DNA from: Okamejei kenojei
Taxonomy: Eukaryota
Direction of reading: 5' to 3'
DNA: 64,000 bases
Assembly (NCBI GenBank): GCA_035221665.1
Contig: CM069168.1
Coordinates: forward strand, 13,516,001-13,580,000
The notes under the pieces were generated by a model. The model ran no database searches and was not told where the DNA came from. It was given only the letters and a program-made list of their open reading frames with translations. Position 1 is the stretch's first letter. The number at the start of each line of letters is the position of its first letter. Below, piece by piece: positions 1 to 11,428 of this stretch. The position numbers and the translations under genes were made by a program.

Positions 1-55
1 TGTTCAGTGGCGTCTCCTCGATGGGCGGCTGTGGTGATGGTGACGGTGCCGCCAT
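1..55 (-). CDS. BNIP3L: Probable first coding exon of BNIP3L/NIX (mitophagy receptor); gene continues left of the window
   Basis: ATG at 55 reads MAAPSPSPQPPIEETPLN plus 1 nt (A) ending at base 1. This fits the EE..LN|SSWVEL exon 1/2 junction of BNIP3/BNIP3L. It sits in CpG-rich DNA, and BNIP3L lies directly downstream of PPP2R2A on the same strand in human (recalled synteny). The donor and WVEL motif are outside the window. Confidence 0.75.
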   Translation of the reverse strand, partial: MAAPSPSPQPPIEETPLN

Positions 56-265
56 GGAGAGCGGGCGGCCGTTAACGCCCCGTCGCCGTTTGAAATCTTC
101 CCCCCAACTGCCGCGACGCTCGAGCTGCTGCCGCCGCCGCGGGTCAGCGCGCATGCGCCGGGTGGCCGGGCCCGCCGGGGGTGGGGGGGGGGGCAGTGAG
201 CCCGACGCGATTGCGTCATCACGTCAAGAGGTTGGCGCCTGACCCGCCGAGTTATGAACGTCAGG
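56..265 (-). promoter_or_regulatory. CpG-rich promoter/5' UTR of the left-edge gene with NRF1, HRE-core and CRE/ATF-like motifs
   Basis: Very GC- and CpG-rich against an AT-rich background. Perfect NRF1 palindrome GCGCATGCGC at 149-158. Minus-strand TGACGTGATGACGCAA at 211-226 contains ACGTG and two TGACG half-sites. G tract at about 177-193. Confidence 0.7.
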
Positions 266-822
266 TCAAGTCAAAAGAGTTTATTGTCATGTGTCCCTGA
301 CGGGACAATGAAATGTTAAAGAAGGAACTGCAGATGCTGGAGAATCGAGGGTACACAAAAGGCTGGAGAAACTCAGCGGGTGCAGCAGCATCTAAGGAGC
401 GAAGGAGATAGGCGACGTTTCGGGTCGAGACCCTTCTTCAGACTGGACAATGAAATTATTTCTTTGCATAGCACAACAGAACATAATAGGCATTAGTTGA
501 CTATAGTTATATTCTTAAATACACACATTAATTAATAAATTAATAAAGTGCAAATAACAGATGGAGGGATCAGCCATGATCACATTGAATGGCGGTGCTG
601 GCTCGAAGGGCCGAATGGCCTACTCCTGCACCTATTGTCTATTGTCTAATGTTCAGAGTTTTGTCCGAGCCAGGTTTAATAGCCTGATGGCGGTGGGGAA
701 GTAGCTATTCCTGAACCGGGTTGTTGCAGTTCTCAGGCTCCTGTACCTAACCGAAGGTAGCAGGGAGATGAGTGCGTGGCCAGGGTGGTGTGGGTCCTTG
801 ATGATGCTGCCAGCCTTTTTGA
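262..822 (-). mobile_element. Rex1/Babar-clade LINE 3' fragment, interrupted by a Penelope end (315-444) and a CR1 tail (about 563-647)
   Basis: Minus frame KKAGSIIKDPHHPGHALISLLPS..RYRSLRTATTRFRNSYFPTAIRLLN plus the same 3' UTR seen at 32590-32770 and 50890-51103. Confidence 0.8.
315..444 (-). mobile_element. Penelope-like element 3' end with minimal hammerhead motif (414-441)
   Basis: Same sequence as the tails following GIY-YIG-like ORF fragments at 44075-44485 and 55992-56318. Flanked by a 12-bp direct repeat GGACAATGAAAT (303-314, 445-456). Confidence 0.75.
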
Positions 823-868
823 AGAAAGGTGCAGAAACAAAACAACGGAAATAGCTGCAAGACTTTGA

Positions 869-1120
869 TAAAGAAGGAACTGCAGATGCTGGAGAATTGA
901 AGGTACACAAAAGGCTGGAGAAACTCAGCGGGTGCAGCAGAGTCTAAGGAGCGAAGGAGATGGGCGACGTTTCGGGTCGAGACCCTTCTTCAGACTGATC
1001 AGGGAAACAACTGTCTACTCCACTGCGATATCTCCTCAAGGTATGCCTACTTTGAAGAAGTTATCCTCCTCGCTACGACCTATCTCCTCGATTCTCCAGC
1101 ATCTGCAGTTCCTTCTTTAA
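869..1120. mobile_element. Penelope-like end with short inverted partner and hammerhead motif (966-993, minus)
   Basis: 869-998 is the family tail. About 1090-1119 is the reverse complement of its terminus. Confidence 0.7.
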
Positions 1121-1412
1121 CACTTTGTCTACTCAGCTGCAGGAGATGTCTAGGCCAGAGTATGCAGCCTGCCAGAACTCACCGAAAGTTTAGGATGTTG
1201 GAATGGTGTAAGGGGGCTGTGGAGGATTGGGTTACTGACTGGCTAACATGCAGAGAAACTTGTTTACAGGATTCTTCACCAGGATCCAAGCCACAGCCTC
1301 AATCTAAGGGTCAACATGGAATGTAGAGACAAGGAATGGCCTAGTTCTGCTCTTAGAACCTAAGAGCTTACAGGAGAATGGGGTTAGGAGGGAAAGATAC
1401 GTCCACCATGAG

Positions 1413-1843
1413 TAGACATAGAAACGTAGAAAATAGGTGCAGGAGTAGGCCATTCGGCCATTCGAGCCTGCACCGTCATTCAATATGATCATGGCTAATC
1501 ATTCCAACTCAGTATCCTGTACCTGCCTTCTCTCCATACCCCCTGATCCCTTTAGCCACAAGGGCCACATCTAACTCCCTCTTAAATATAGCCAATGAAC
1601 TGGCCTCAACTACCTTCTGTGGCAGATAATTCCAGAGACTCTCCACTCTCTGTGTGAAAAATGTTTTCCTCATCTCGGTCCTAAAGGAATTCCCCCTTTT
1701 CCTTAGACTGTGACCCCTTGTTCTGGACCTCCCCAACATCGGGAACAATCTTCCTGCATCTAGCATATCCAACCCCTTAAGAATTTTGTACGTTTCTATA
1801 AGATCCCCCCCTCAGTCTTCTAAATTCTAGCGAGTACAAGCCA
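1413..1843 (-). mobile_element. CR1-clade LINE (HER1-like) 3' end
   Basis: Minus frame LDAGRLFPMLGRSRTRGHSLRKRG..FRTEMRKTFFTQRVESLWNYLPQKVVEASSLAIFKRELD, the typical CR1 ORF2 C-terminus, followed by a TTTCTAYG-type tail. Confidence 0.85.
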
Positions 1844-2410
1844 AATGTTGGATTTTTGCGCTGTGAAACATTGTGGAAGTCGGGGTAAGCGTGAGAGGCT
1901 TCAACATCGAAGAAAGATGCAGAAACATAGAAAATCGGGAGGTTTCACGGCAGTCGGGTCACGACCCATGACCCGTGCTGTTGCTACGCTACCCCAAGCG
2001 GAGTACACGCAATGAACTGCAGGTAAGCACTTACAGCATAGCGGGCCCGTTAAAACCCGCCGAAATGGTCAACTTTTGTGCGGTAAATAATTATGGAAAT
2101 TGGGATAAACGTGAGAGACATTTAGCCTACTTCAGAATTCCAAAAGTGAGGAGAAATTACGGTATATAATACCTTCATTTCGTTTCACTTTTGGAATTCT
2201 GAAGTTGGGTACATGTCTCTCACGCTTACCCCGACTTCCACAATTTTCCACAGCGCAAAAATCCAACATTTCGGCGGTTTTTAACAGGTCGGAAAGTACG
2301 TGTTTCTTGTATTAATAACATGTAACGGAAGTGACGTATGTCCTCTAGATGGATTGAGCGGCTCCTTGCGTCAAGCTCTATGACCCAGTGACCTTTCGTG
2401 CAAACCCCCC
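1844..2410. mobile_element. Non-autonomous foldback/MITE-like DNA element
   Basis: Imperfect terminal inverted repeats (gggaggtttcacg at 1937; cgtgcaaacccccc ending 2410) and long internal inverted arms (about 2049-2150 vs 2185-2285). 1843-1896 is an extra inverted copy of 2217-2270. Confidence 0.6.
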
Positions 2411-2701
2411 TATAGCTGCAACAGATGTCTAGGCCAGAGTATGCAGCCTGCCAGAACTCACTTAAAGTTTAGGATGTTGGAATGGTGTGAGGAGGCTGTG
2501 GAGGATTGGGTTACTGACTGGCTAACATGCAGAGAAACTTGTTTACAGGATTGTTCACCAGGAATACCCAGGATCCAAGCCACAGCCTCAATCTAAGGGT
2601 CAACATGGAATGTGTAGAAAAGGAATGGCCTAGTTCTGCTCCTAGAACCTATGAGCTTATAGGAGTATGGGGTTAGGAGGGAAAGATAGATCTGCCATGA
2701 G

Positions 2702-3075
2702 TAGACATAGAAACATAGAAAATAGGTGCAGGAGTAGGCCATTCGGCCCTTCGAGCCTGCACCGCCATTCAATATGATCATGGCTGATCATCCAACTCAG
2801 TATCCTCCACCTGCCTTCTCTCCATACCCCCTGATCCCTTTAGCCACAAGGGCCACCTAACTCCCTCTTAAATATAGCCAATGAACTGGCCTCAACTACC
2901 TTCTGTGGCAGAGAATTCCACAGATTCACCACTGTGTGAAGAAACATTTTCTCATCTCGGTCCTAAAAGACTTTCCCCTTATCCTTAAACTGTGACCCCT
3001 TGTTCTGGACTTCCCCAACATCGGGAACAATCTTCCTGCATCTAGCCTGTCCAACCCCTTAAGAATTTTGTAAGT
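2702..3075 (-). mobile_element. CR1-clade LINE 3' end (second copy within the duplication)
   Basis: Minus frame YKILKGLDRLDAGRLFPMLGKSRTRGHSLRIRGKSFRTEMRK. Confidence 0.85.
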
Positions 3076-3186
3076 AGGCCTTTCGGCCCTTGGAGCCAGC
3101 ACCGCCATCCAATATTGTCATCCAACATATGTCATTCCCCCTATAAAGAATCCCTCTATTCCTTTAGCCCTAAGAGCTAAATCTAT

Positions 3187-3319
3187 TCAAGAAGGAACTG
3201 CAGATGCTGGAAAATCGAAGGTAGGCAAAAATGCTGGAGAAACTCAGCGTGTGCGGCAGCATCTATGGAGCGAAGGAAATAGGCAACGCTTTGGGCTGAA
3301 ACCCTTCTTCAGACTCCTC
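3187..3319 (-). mobile_element. Penelope-like end inserted in a CR1 tail
   Basis: Family tail with degenerate hammerhead motif, flanked by direct repeat AGAGCTAAATCTAT (3173-3186, 3320-3333). Confidence 0.7.
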
Positions 3320-3833
3320 AGAGCTAAATCTATCTCTCTCTTGGAGCTACTCCAGCATTTTTGTGTCAATGCAAGGTTTCTTGCAGTGGATACATTCCCA
3401 GCTTTTGCCTACAGCACTGTAAGCAATACACACATTTGGGCACCTGATGCAATGAACAAAGCGAAGCAGCTAAAATTGCACCGTCCATTCCATCGCACTA
3501 CAGCATTTGAAAGCTTTTTAAAGACAATCTTCTCATCATAAACTGTTATCTTCAGCTCAAATCAAATACAAGTTTCCTCCATTAATTCCACAGCAAAAGG
3601 CAACCAACCCACAAGTCATATAGTCATAGAGTGTGGAAATAGGTCCAACCTGCCCGCACCGACCACCTGCCTGCGTTTGGCTCATATCTGTCTAAATTTG
3701 ACATATCCCTGTACCTGTCCAATTGCTTCTTAAACTTTGCAATAGTCCTTGTCTCAATTACCTCCCCCCTCAACCCTCTGGCTCCTCCTCTTCCTTTCTT
3801 CTTCCCGCTACAAGCAAGCTCTAAAGTGACAAG

Positions 3834-4026
3834 GGTACACAAAAGGCTGGAGGAACTCAGCGGGTGCAGCAGCATCTAAGGAGCGAAGGAGATGGGCAAC
3901 GTTTCGAAGGGTTTCGGCCCGAAACGTTGCCTATCTCCTTCGCTCCTTAGATGCTGCTGCACCCGCTGAGTTTCTTCAGCCTTTTGTGTACCCTCGATTT
4001 TCCAGCATCTGCAGTTCCTTCTTTAA
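3834..4026. mobile_element. Penelope-like end arranged as an inverted pair (hairpin)
   Basis: 3834-3906 is the reverse complement of about 3920-3993. Flanked by CTCTA(A/T)AGTGACAAG (3819-3833, 4027-4041). Confidence 0.75.
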
Positions 4027-7000
4027 CTCTATAGTGACAAGCATAGGAAGTTGGAGGTGCAGTGTCATCTGTAAAACAATCTATAACTTACCAAAAGTAT
4101 GAGACTACTGTTTGATTGCACGACATAAGTGATCGGGCAACGACATAATATTGAAGCAAGCGTGTAAATGGAGCGTGTGGCGGCTTAACTCGCACCAGAC
4201 GGAACACAGCCTCTTTAAATCCACAAAACTGGCCTGGGCGTTTGTGCAGAAAACAAGCTGCTTCGAAAGGATTTCGGCGGATCAGGGAGAATACTCGACC
4301 GCTGCGCCACCGTGCCTCTTGTGTTTAAGCATTATGTGCCCACTTCGCGTTTGTCCGCCAACATAACTTAAGCATTCATTAAAACACTGAGATTACAAAG
4401 TCAGCTGCAAGCTTGACAGTCGTAATATTGCGAAATTAATTACCAATACTAATAGGAGGAATATTTATATCCCTGCATTTCACTGTATTACAAATAGCAG
4501 TGGCCTTCTGCTTTAAAACGACATTTGTTAAATGATCATAATAAATCAGAATAGCAATGTCAAATGTGTAATGGAAGGAACTATCAACAGCTTAGACAAA
4601 CACAAAGTGCAAACACATTGATAATGATCGCTTTAAAATATTCCCGTAAGTGATGTGGAACAGGTTTCAAATAGGACTCAACACTTAAGCAGAAACTCGT
4701 GACGTCTGCACTCAACCACTGCCAGAAGCCTTGAGAGCCAGAAAGAGATTTATGAGTTTGTGTTAGCAGTGTTTAACAACACGGTTTCAAGTGGGGCTTT
4801 GTTTTTATAATGGAGCTCGTGCAATTTTTTTTCTTCCTCCTAAACATTTCCCGAGGTTGATATTTTCTGTACTAATCCTGGGCTGTATGTATAAAGCACA
4901 AGCCTGACTGTTCGAGTCTAATCACGGGGATTAGCTCATTATATTTCTATTGAATCGCGCCACTGCATGAATGTTCCTTCATTTACACGCACTATCAACT
5001 TCCCTGGGCGGGGCACAGCACCTACCATCAGAAGCAGCGATTGCGTGGTGCGTTATATTGGAGGTCCCTGTGCACTTAATCAGAAATTCTTAATACATGG
5101 AGGAGTTTTATTAATACGCAGTATATTGATCCTCCATTACACAGTAAAAAAAAAGACAACCGTTTAGTTATTTTCGCAGTGATGTCCAATCGGAATGGAA
5201 ACATGTCTTGCAGCAGCCTGGGGCGTACCTGGATCGGGGATTTTATAAACGGCCCCAAAATATGGCGACTGTGCATTTGTGGTTGTATAAAAGAATATCA
5301 CTGTGCATACGTGACAATAAAGAACCATTGAACCGTTTGAAGGTTTTTTTATTTCACTGCCTTGGGTGTTCAATTAATCACCCCAAACATTAAAGTTCTG
5401 TACATTATCAGCACACTGCGGCTGCAGTGTGCCATCTCCAAAGCCAGAGGGACCACAACCCCATCATCATCCCCCAACTCCACCACCAAGATCAATGAGG
5501 TTAGAGGCACACAAGAATGCCAACACGCATGGGCTGCCCTTGCACATCATGCCAACTTGGAAATACATTGCCATTGTATCCATTGCTGTATTGTCTTCTA
5601 ACCTCCAAATTATTTTGATGAATCTCTAGTGCACCTCTTCCTGAACGAAGTTAACTTTCCTGAGATTTAGAGGGCAGAATTGATTGAATTTAACCATCGA
5701 ATCCCCACTCAGCACTTTAAGAAGGGTTTCTGCCGAAACGTTGCCTATTTCCTTCGCTCCATAGATGCTGCCGCACCCGCTGAGTTTCTCCAGCACTTTT
5801 GTCTACCTTCGATTTTCCAGCGCCTTCTTAAACACTTTATTAGATCTATCGTTTTTGCGAGCCATGTTTAACCCCTGGGGATAAAGGTTAACATTCCATG
5901 GGTTTTCATATCCGTTGCGATTGACCACGAGCCTGAGATTTCTATACTTGGCCCTGTCCTTGGCTGCTTAACACTATTTGTGGTTCCCATCCTAAAGGGA
6001 CTACACAAGAACGAGCCTGCATCCTGGACCGAGATCAGCCTTGATTGAATGACGAAATAGACGATGGGCCAAGTGGCCTTCTTTGAATTGTGAACTTGTG
6101 ATCTCAGATGGATCTTTACTAACCAAATTCCACTTGCATGAATTTTACTTTTGTCGAAATCTATCAACCTTACTTTGCATTGCTGTGCACCATCCTACTT
6201 AATGGTGAAAGGAGCTGGGTCTGCAGTCGAGGGGCACCACTGAGTAAATTGTATCTTCGGTGAAGATTTAAGATGAGGAGTGTGTCACGGCTTTATATAT
6301 CAGGTTAAGTGTTTCCTCAAAGTACCCATACTCCAACAGAGTAACAATTCCACACGGCCTCGGGCCACACGTTACCTGCTTTTCCACCTTGCTTTACTGA
6401 CTGACGGTTTTAGACTGCATTGTAAGCAATCCCTTACCAGCTCATCTTCAACTAGTTCTCTTGGTAACTACCCGAGGCCCCATGAGATTGATGTACATTT
6501 CTCACACTTCAGCAAAAACAAGATAATCTATTAGGAGGAAAAAAAAAAATCACCCATTGAACCTAAAGGGTCCAAACCAAGACAACCGGACGAACTCCCA
6601 ACAGATTATTCACTCATTCCTTTAAGGACAGCCTGACAATGATTTACGTAATTTTGCAATGATTTAAAGTGTAAATTAAAACATCTTATCACATAAAATG
6701 TGCTATTGTAATATTTCAGTATATTACTGGCTCTTCAGAGATACTGACATTAATAATCTGAAGCGTCTTTTTCATATGTGATGCATGTTATTTCATGATG
6801 GTCCACAAGATACTGTAAATGTTACAGTTCAAATCCAAAGCTATGTACAATAACTTGTCACAAGGCTGTTTCCAGAACCTGCGATTAATCCAGCATAAGC
6901 AAATGTTAGGACTTCTTAATATATTTTGTTGAGGGAATTGCATGGAACATACCAGGAAACAGACGTGTAGCTTGAGTAGCACGCATGCTCTTGACCATTT

Positions 7001-8224
7001 CTTGTGAATATTCTTCATTTTTAATAGCTTACCTGTGCCAATTTTTATGTCGCTTTCAAATTCCTTTCAACATTGACATTCACTTAAAACATCTGTCGTC
7101 TTGCCAAAGAACTAGGTACCAAGGGGGATGACATCGCAAAAAAAAGGTATGCAGGCTTAGAAAAATAGGAACAAATTAGGGAAATTAACAAGGGTGAAAA
7201 GATTTTGGAAGTCTCTGCACCTCCCGGATTTAGGAGATTCTAATTTAAAAGGATACATTTTCAGAAAGCCCGTTTGTTTACTTGTGGCAGCGAACTAATG
7301 CTTGCAGACCGCGGTTAACTACGGATTCCATTCTTGGGAACTGCCAATAAACCGATTTTCCCTCAAGTCCGAAACATTCCTTTTTAATGGTAATCCATAT
7401 TGCATTGCTCTGCCTACACTTCTTATAGTTCTTCCATTTCGTGGAGTATCTTCAATGTTGATTTTAGGATTACATAATTAAACGTGGAATATATACTGTA
7501 TTCAGCTGCTAATGGACCCCATAAAACATCAGTTTATCTTGAAAGTTCAAGTTTTTTTTATATTTAGCCCTGAACGGATTTTCTTTCAGCACATGAAGAT
7601 GTTCTGCTACTGGTGGTCTTTCATGCGTTCAGAAGTCATTGGAGTAGAATTAGGCAATTCGGCCCATCGAGTCTAGTCTGCTATTCAATCATGGGCGATC
7701 CATCTCTCCTTCACAACCCCATCCTCACCTTCTCCCCGTAGCATTCAACACCCTTACTAATCAAGAACCTGTCAGTCTCAGCTTCAAAAATAACCAGTGA
7801 CTTGGTCTCAAATTTTAAATCCATTTAAATGACCATTTTCAGCTCCAAAGCAAAATCATATTGAACTGGTATAATCTTTAGATAACATTCTGCCCTCTTC
7901 TGGAACAAAAATATAATTTAAAGTCCAAGAACAATGTTATGATTTCTCAGCAAATGCATTATTTTCTTTAGCTCCAGAGGCTGATCCAACCTTTAAAAGT
8001 GCAATCCAAATTTTAGTTAAACTTAAATTCTAGGTGTCCAAGCAACTTCCACTTTCATTCCCAACATTGTTTTAACAGTATTCAGCTAGGTAATGTTGTA
8101 CCTTGCTCCAGATTAACTCAGTTTCAAACTTATCAAACATTTAAAGTTTCAGGTATGTAAAGCATAGCGGGTAAAACTTCACCAAAAAAAAGTGATAGTC
8201 CAAACATGTTGGTGTGTTAGGGAC

Positions 8225-8835
8225 TAGAGAGCTTGTGTTTACACAGCAGCACAGGAACAGGCCCCTGGGCCCATCATGTTTGTGCCAACCAGGACATCAA
8301 TCTAAATTAATCTCATCTGCCTGCACGTGGTACGTATCCCTCTATTTATGGCTTGTTCTTTCATCTGTCTAAATGCAACTTAAACATTGCTATCATACGT
8401 ACTTTTACCACCTCTCCTGACAGCACCTTCCGAGAGGAACCTTCCACCCAATGAGTTAAAATAAAAACGCCTCAACTCTCCTTTAAATTTTACTCCTCTC
8501 ACCCAAAACCTCTATTCTCTAATATATGACATAAATACTTGGGGGAGAAAAGACAGACTGTCTACCCTATTCTTCTCATGACTTTCTACATTTCTATCAG
8601 GTCACCTCTCATCCTCCTTTGTATCAAAGAAAATAATCTATTTTTCTCAATTTTATACCAAATACACTTAATCCAAACAAGGTGAACATCTTCTGGGCAG
8701 TTCAGTATCCACATTCTTCCTGTGCAGAGATCAGAACTGCACACAATACTCCAAATGTGGCCTAACCAAAGTTTAATAGAGCAATAATGTAGCTTGCCTA
8801 TTTTTATACTCAATGCCCTGACCAATAGACAAGCA
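8225..8835 (-). mobile_element. Old CR1-clade LINE 3' fragment
   Basis: Degenerate minus-strand translation (YKTLVRPHLEYCVQF-like, LFSL..RRMRGDLIEM) and an elasmobranch LINE/SINE-type tail. Confidence 0.65.
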
Positions 8836-9559
8836 TGCTTTACATCTATAATATAAAGCCTTCTCTGATCTCACTATAATCCTTGTCCATCTAGGTTTAT
8901 GTACATCCACTCCACCTTTGTTTCAGGATATCCAAAGTGGGATCTGCACACTAGGGCAGGAGGTTCATAAAGGGCTGTGTGGGTGGGTTACAAGCAGTTT
9001 AAGGAGGAACTGCAGATGCTGGAAAATTGAAGGTAGACAAAAATGCTGGAGAAACTCAGCGGGTGCAGCAGCATCTATGGAGCGAAGGAAATAGGCAGCG
9101 GGCCGAACCCCATCAGCTAATGTTTTAATGTGGAAAGAAAATTGGCCAGCAGTGTTTTCCCAGAGGTCAGGGATTCTGCATCAACAGAATCGATTCATTG
9201 CTCCAGTATCATGAACCACTAAAAGTGATAAATCACTTCTCACAGCTCTGTGTGGACATTGTGCTGCACCAGAGTTGGCAACCTTCAGATGAAGCAAGCG
9301 GAATTCAAAATAAATTATCATTCTCATATTCCCAACACACTATTAAAACTAATATAGAATTACTTCACATTGCCAAGTAATGCAAAGGGCTTTTTGATAC
9401 TTCCAAAGATTTTATTCTCACTCTGGGACGTTCAGTTCCTCAGGCTCTTGCTCCTTCGGGTCCAGTCAGAGCAGTTATCACTTTAGTGAGTGATAACGAG
9501 TCTGCTACACCAGACATTTACACGTTTCTACGGTTTAGCACAGATCAAATCTCTATGCA

Positions 9560-10280
9560 GACCTGTTGTCAAGCAAAGCCATGTCATTATTCCAAACATT
9601 CTTCTCAATTTTTGTTGCTGAAACAGTACATCTCACCTCCAAATCCATCTCCCCAAATAAAATGCCATGGGACCCTGGAAGACATGGGCCACTCGATATC
9701 TCAGGGGACAACCCCCAGAGAAGATATATACCAGTATTGAAATTCACCACTACCTCAGATTCTTCAGCACCTTTGCTGGAGGAAAGTGTTGAGATTGTCC
9801 TTAAATCTGGTAGAAAATCCACCATCTACCTGATGGCAGTTTTTCCTGTACATCTCTACTTTGGAGAAATATATCCTCAAAGCATTGGAGGGATTCTACC
9901 AACAATCCGCGCCAAACCGTCCCAAACGATTAGCAGGAAAAAAAGAACCCAAATCAGTGTCCTCTTGCTGGCCAACATCCCCAGCATCTTGGCGGAGTCA
10001 GCCAGCTCCAACTAGCAGGTCATTGTGTTCACATACTCAACACCAGAATCCCAAGGGAGGCCCATTATTCCAAGTTCCTTCACAGCAAGGTATTAGCAGT
10101 ACAGAAAAAAAAACCTGCTCCATAAAGTGTTTGTCACTGAGTTATTGGAATACCAGTCCATGACCACGCAGATAAGGAGAAACTGATTTCTGGGTAGCAC
10201 CAAAAACCTCTTCTCTTCATCAGGTGCGCTCCATCCAAGCACACTCAAGCAACTCCTGTCTCCCCCGCAGATCACACAAT
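9560..10280 (+). mobile_element. Highly decayed RTE-clade LINE ORF fragment
   Basis: Across frameshifts: VKQSHVII/QTFFSIF (GVKQGCV..PTLFSIF-like), IYLMAVFPVHLYFGE, ILKALEGFYQQ, RTQISVLLLANIPSI and AGHCVHILNTRIPREAHYS. These follow the order of RTE post-RT motifs (W.GHV.RM...R.PK). Confidence 0.6.
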
Positions 10281-11301
10281 GGCCTCAATGCTCATCCAAA
10301 ACCTCCAGAGCTGAAAAAGAAGCAAGTTACCCATAATCTGATGTACCTGAGGGGAGACAAAGATAATTGTATAACGTGATACACTAAACCAGAGTACAAT
10401 ATCTTATTTGCTGTTTTGGCATTACTAAGAAAAAAAACTTCATTTATAGCCAACCCAAGCTGGGTGGGACTCATTGGTTGCTGTTCTCAAGTCGGGCTCC
10501 CCACATAATACGTCAACATTGCAGCACCATTGGTTTGAGCCTTGGGATACTCACCAGCAAGAATCCCATGCGACTACTAAACACATGGAACTGTTGATCT
10601 GCCTTCACCAACAACCCCATTGCAAGATCCATTAAGTGGAAATATTAGGACATTGGAAATTCTTAAACGACAATATAACGTTGACATTCATAGTGCATAC
10701 ATACCTCAAAAACTCAGTTAATTGGATCCTACAAAATGCAACTAAAATTAAGGCCACATTTGTCACCATTTTTAATCCACCACTATCCCAATTTTCCTGT
10801 CCCCAGAAATGCAGGATTTAAAAAATAATTTCACATCAAAGCTGCTGTGTAAATCATTCATTCAAGAACTAAAGAGCGACACTGTAAGAATAACTGATAA
10901 ATGGAGTAACTTGTTAACAAAGGTTTATTCTCCTGCTAGGAACCAACCACCTCACTGTTTTGCAGTGCATTAAAGTGCATTTCATGTAGTTTTCTATTTC
11001 ATACTTTATTCTACAGAATAGTTATTTGGATTTGTCTACAAAGTAATTGGGGATACATCAGTTCAGATTCTCCAATAAAGCTAATATGCTTGGATCAATT
11101 TCTAATTGCAGTGTTAACCACAAAGGCTATATTTCCTCAATTCACTTTGAAACTGATTGAAGAGTATGAAGATGAAATGTATTTTATGAACCCATTGATA
11201 GCTCTGAGGAACTATTTGCAAAGTGCAGAAGTTGGCAAACAGGGTGAAAACAGTTGAACACATTTGCCTCCAGGAAAGAACCTGCACATAACCACCTGTA
11301 G

Positions 11302-11428
11302 GGGAAAGAACTGCAGATGCTGGTTTAAATCGAATACACACAAAATGCTGGAGTAACTCAGCAGGTCAGGCAGCATCTCTGGAGAGAAGGAATGGGTGAC
11401 GTTTCAGGTCGAGACCCTTCTTCAGACT
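11302..11428 (-). mobile_element. Penelope-like end with hammerhead motif (11398-11425)
   Basis: Family tail; minus strand reads CTGAAGAAGGGTCTCGACCTGAAACGTC. Confidence 0.7.

Larger units (their letters stand above)
1135..3075. repeat. Local direct duplication of about 660 bp (1135-1790 and 2414-3075), made of CR1 fragments, with a foldback element between the copies
   Basis: Both copies start agctgca..agatgtctaggccagagtatgcagcc and stay colinear through the same junction with a minus-strand CR1 3' end. Confidence 0.85.

Noticed and set aside
4050-7600. CpG-containing intergenic sequence as enhancer or extra gene
   Set aside because: No coherent ORF, splice pattern or motif cluster that I can support without conservation data.
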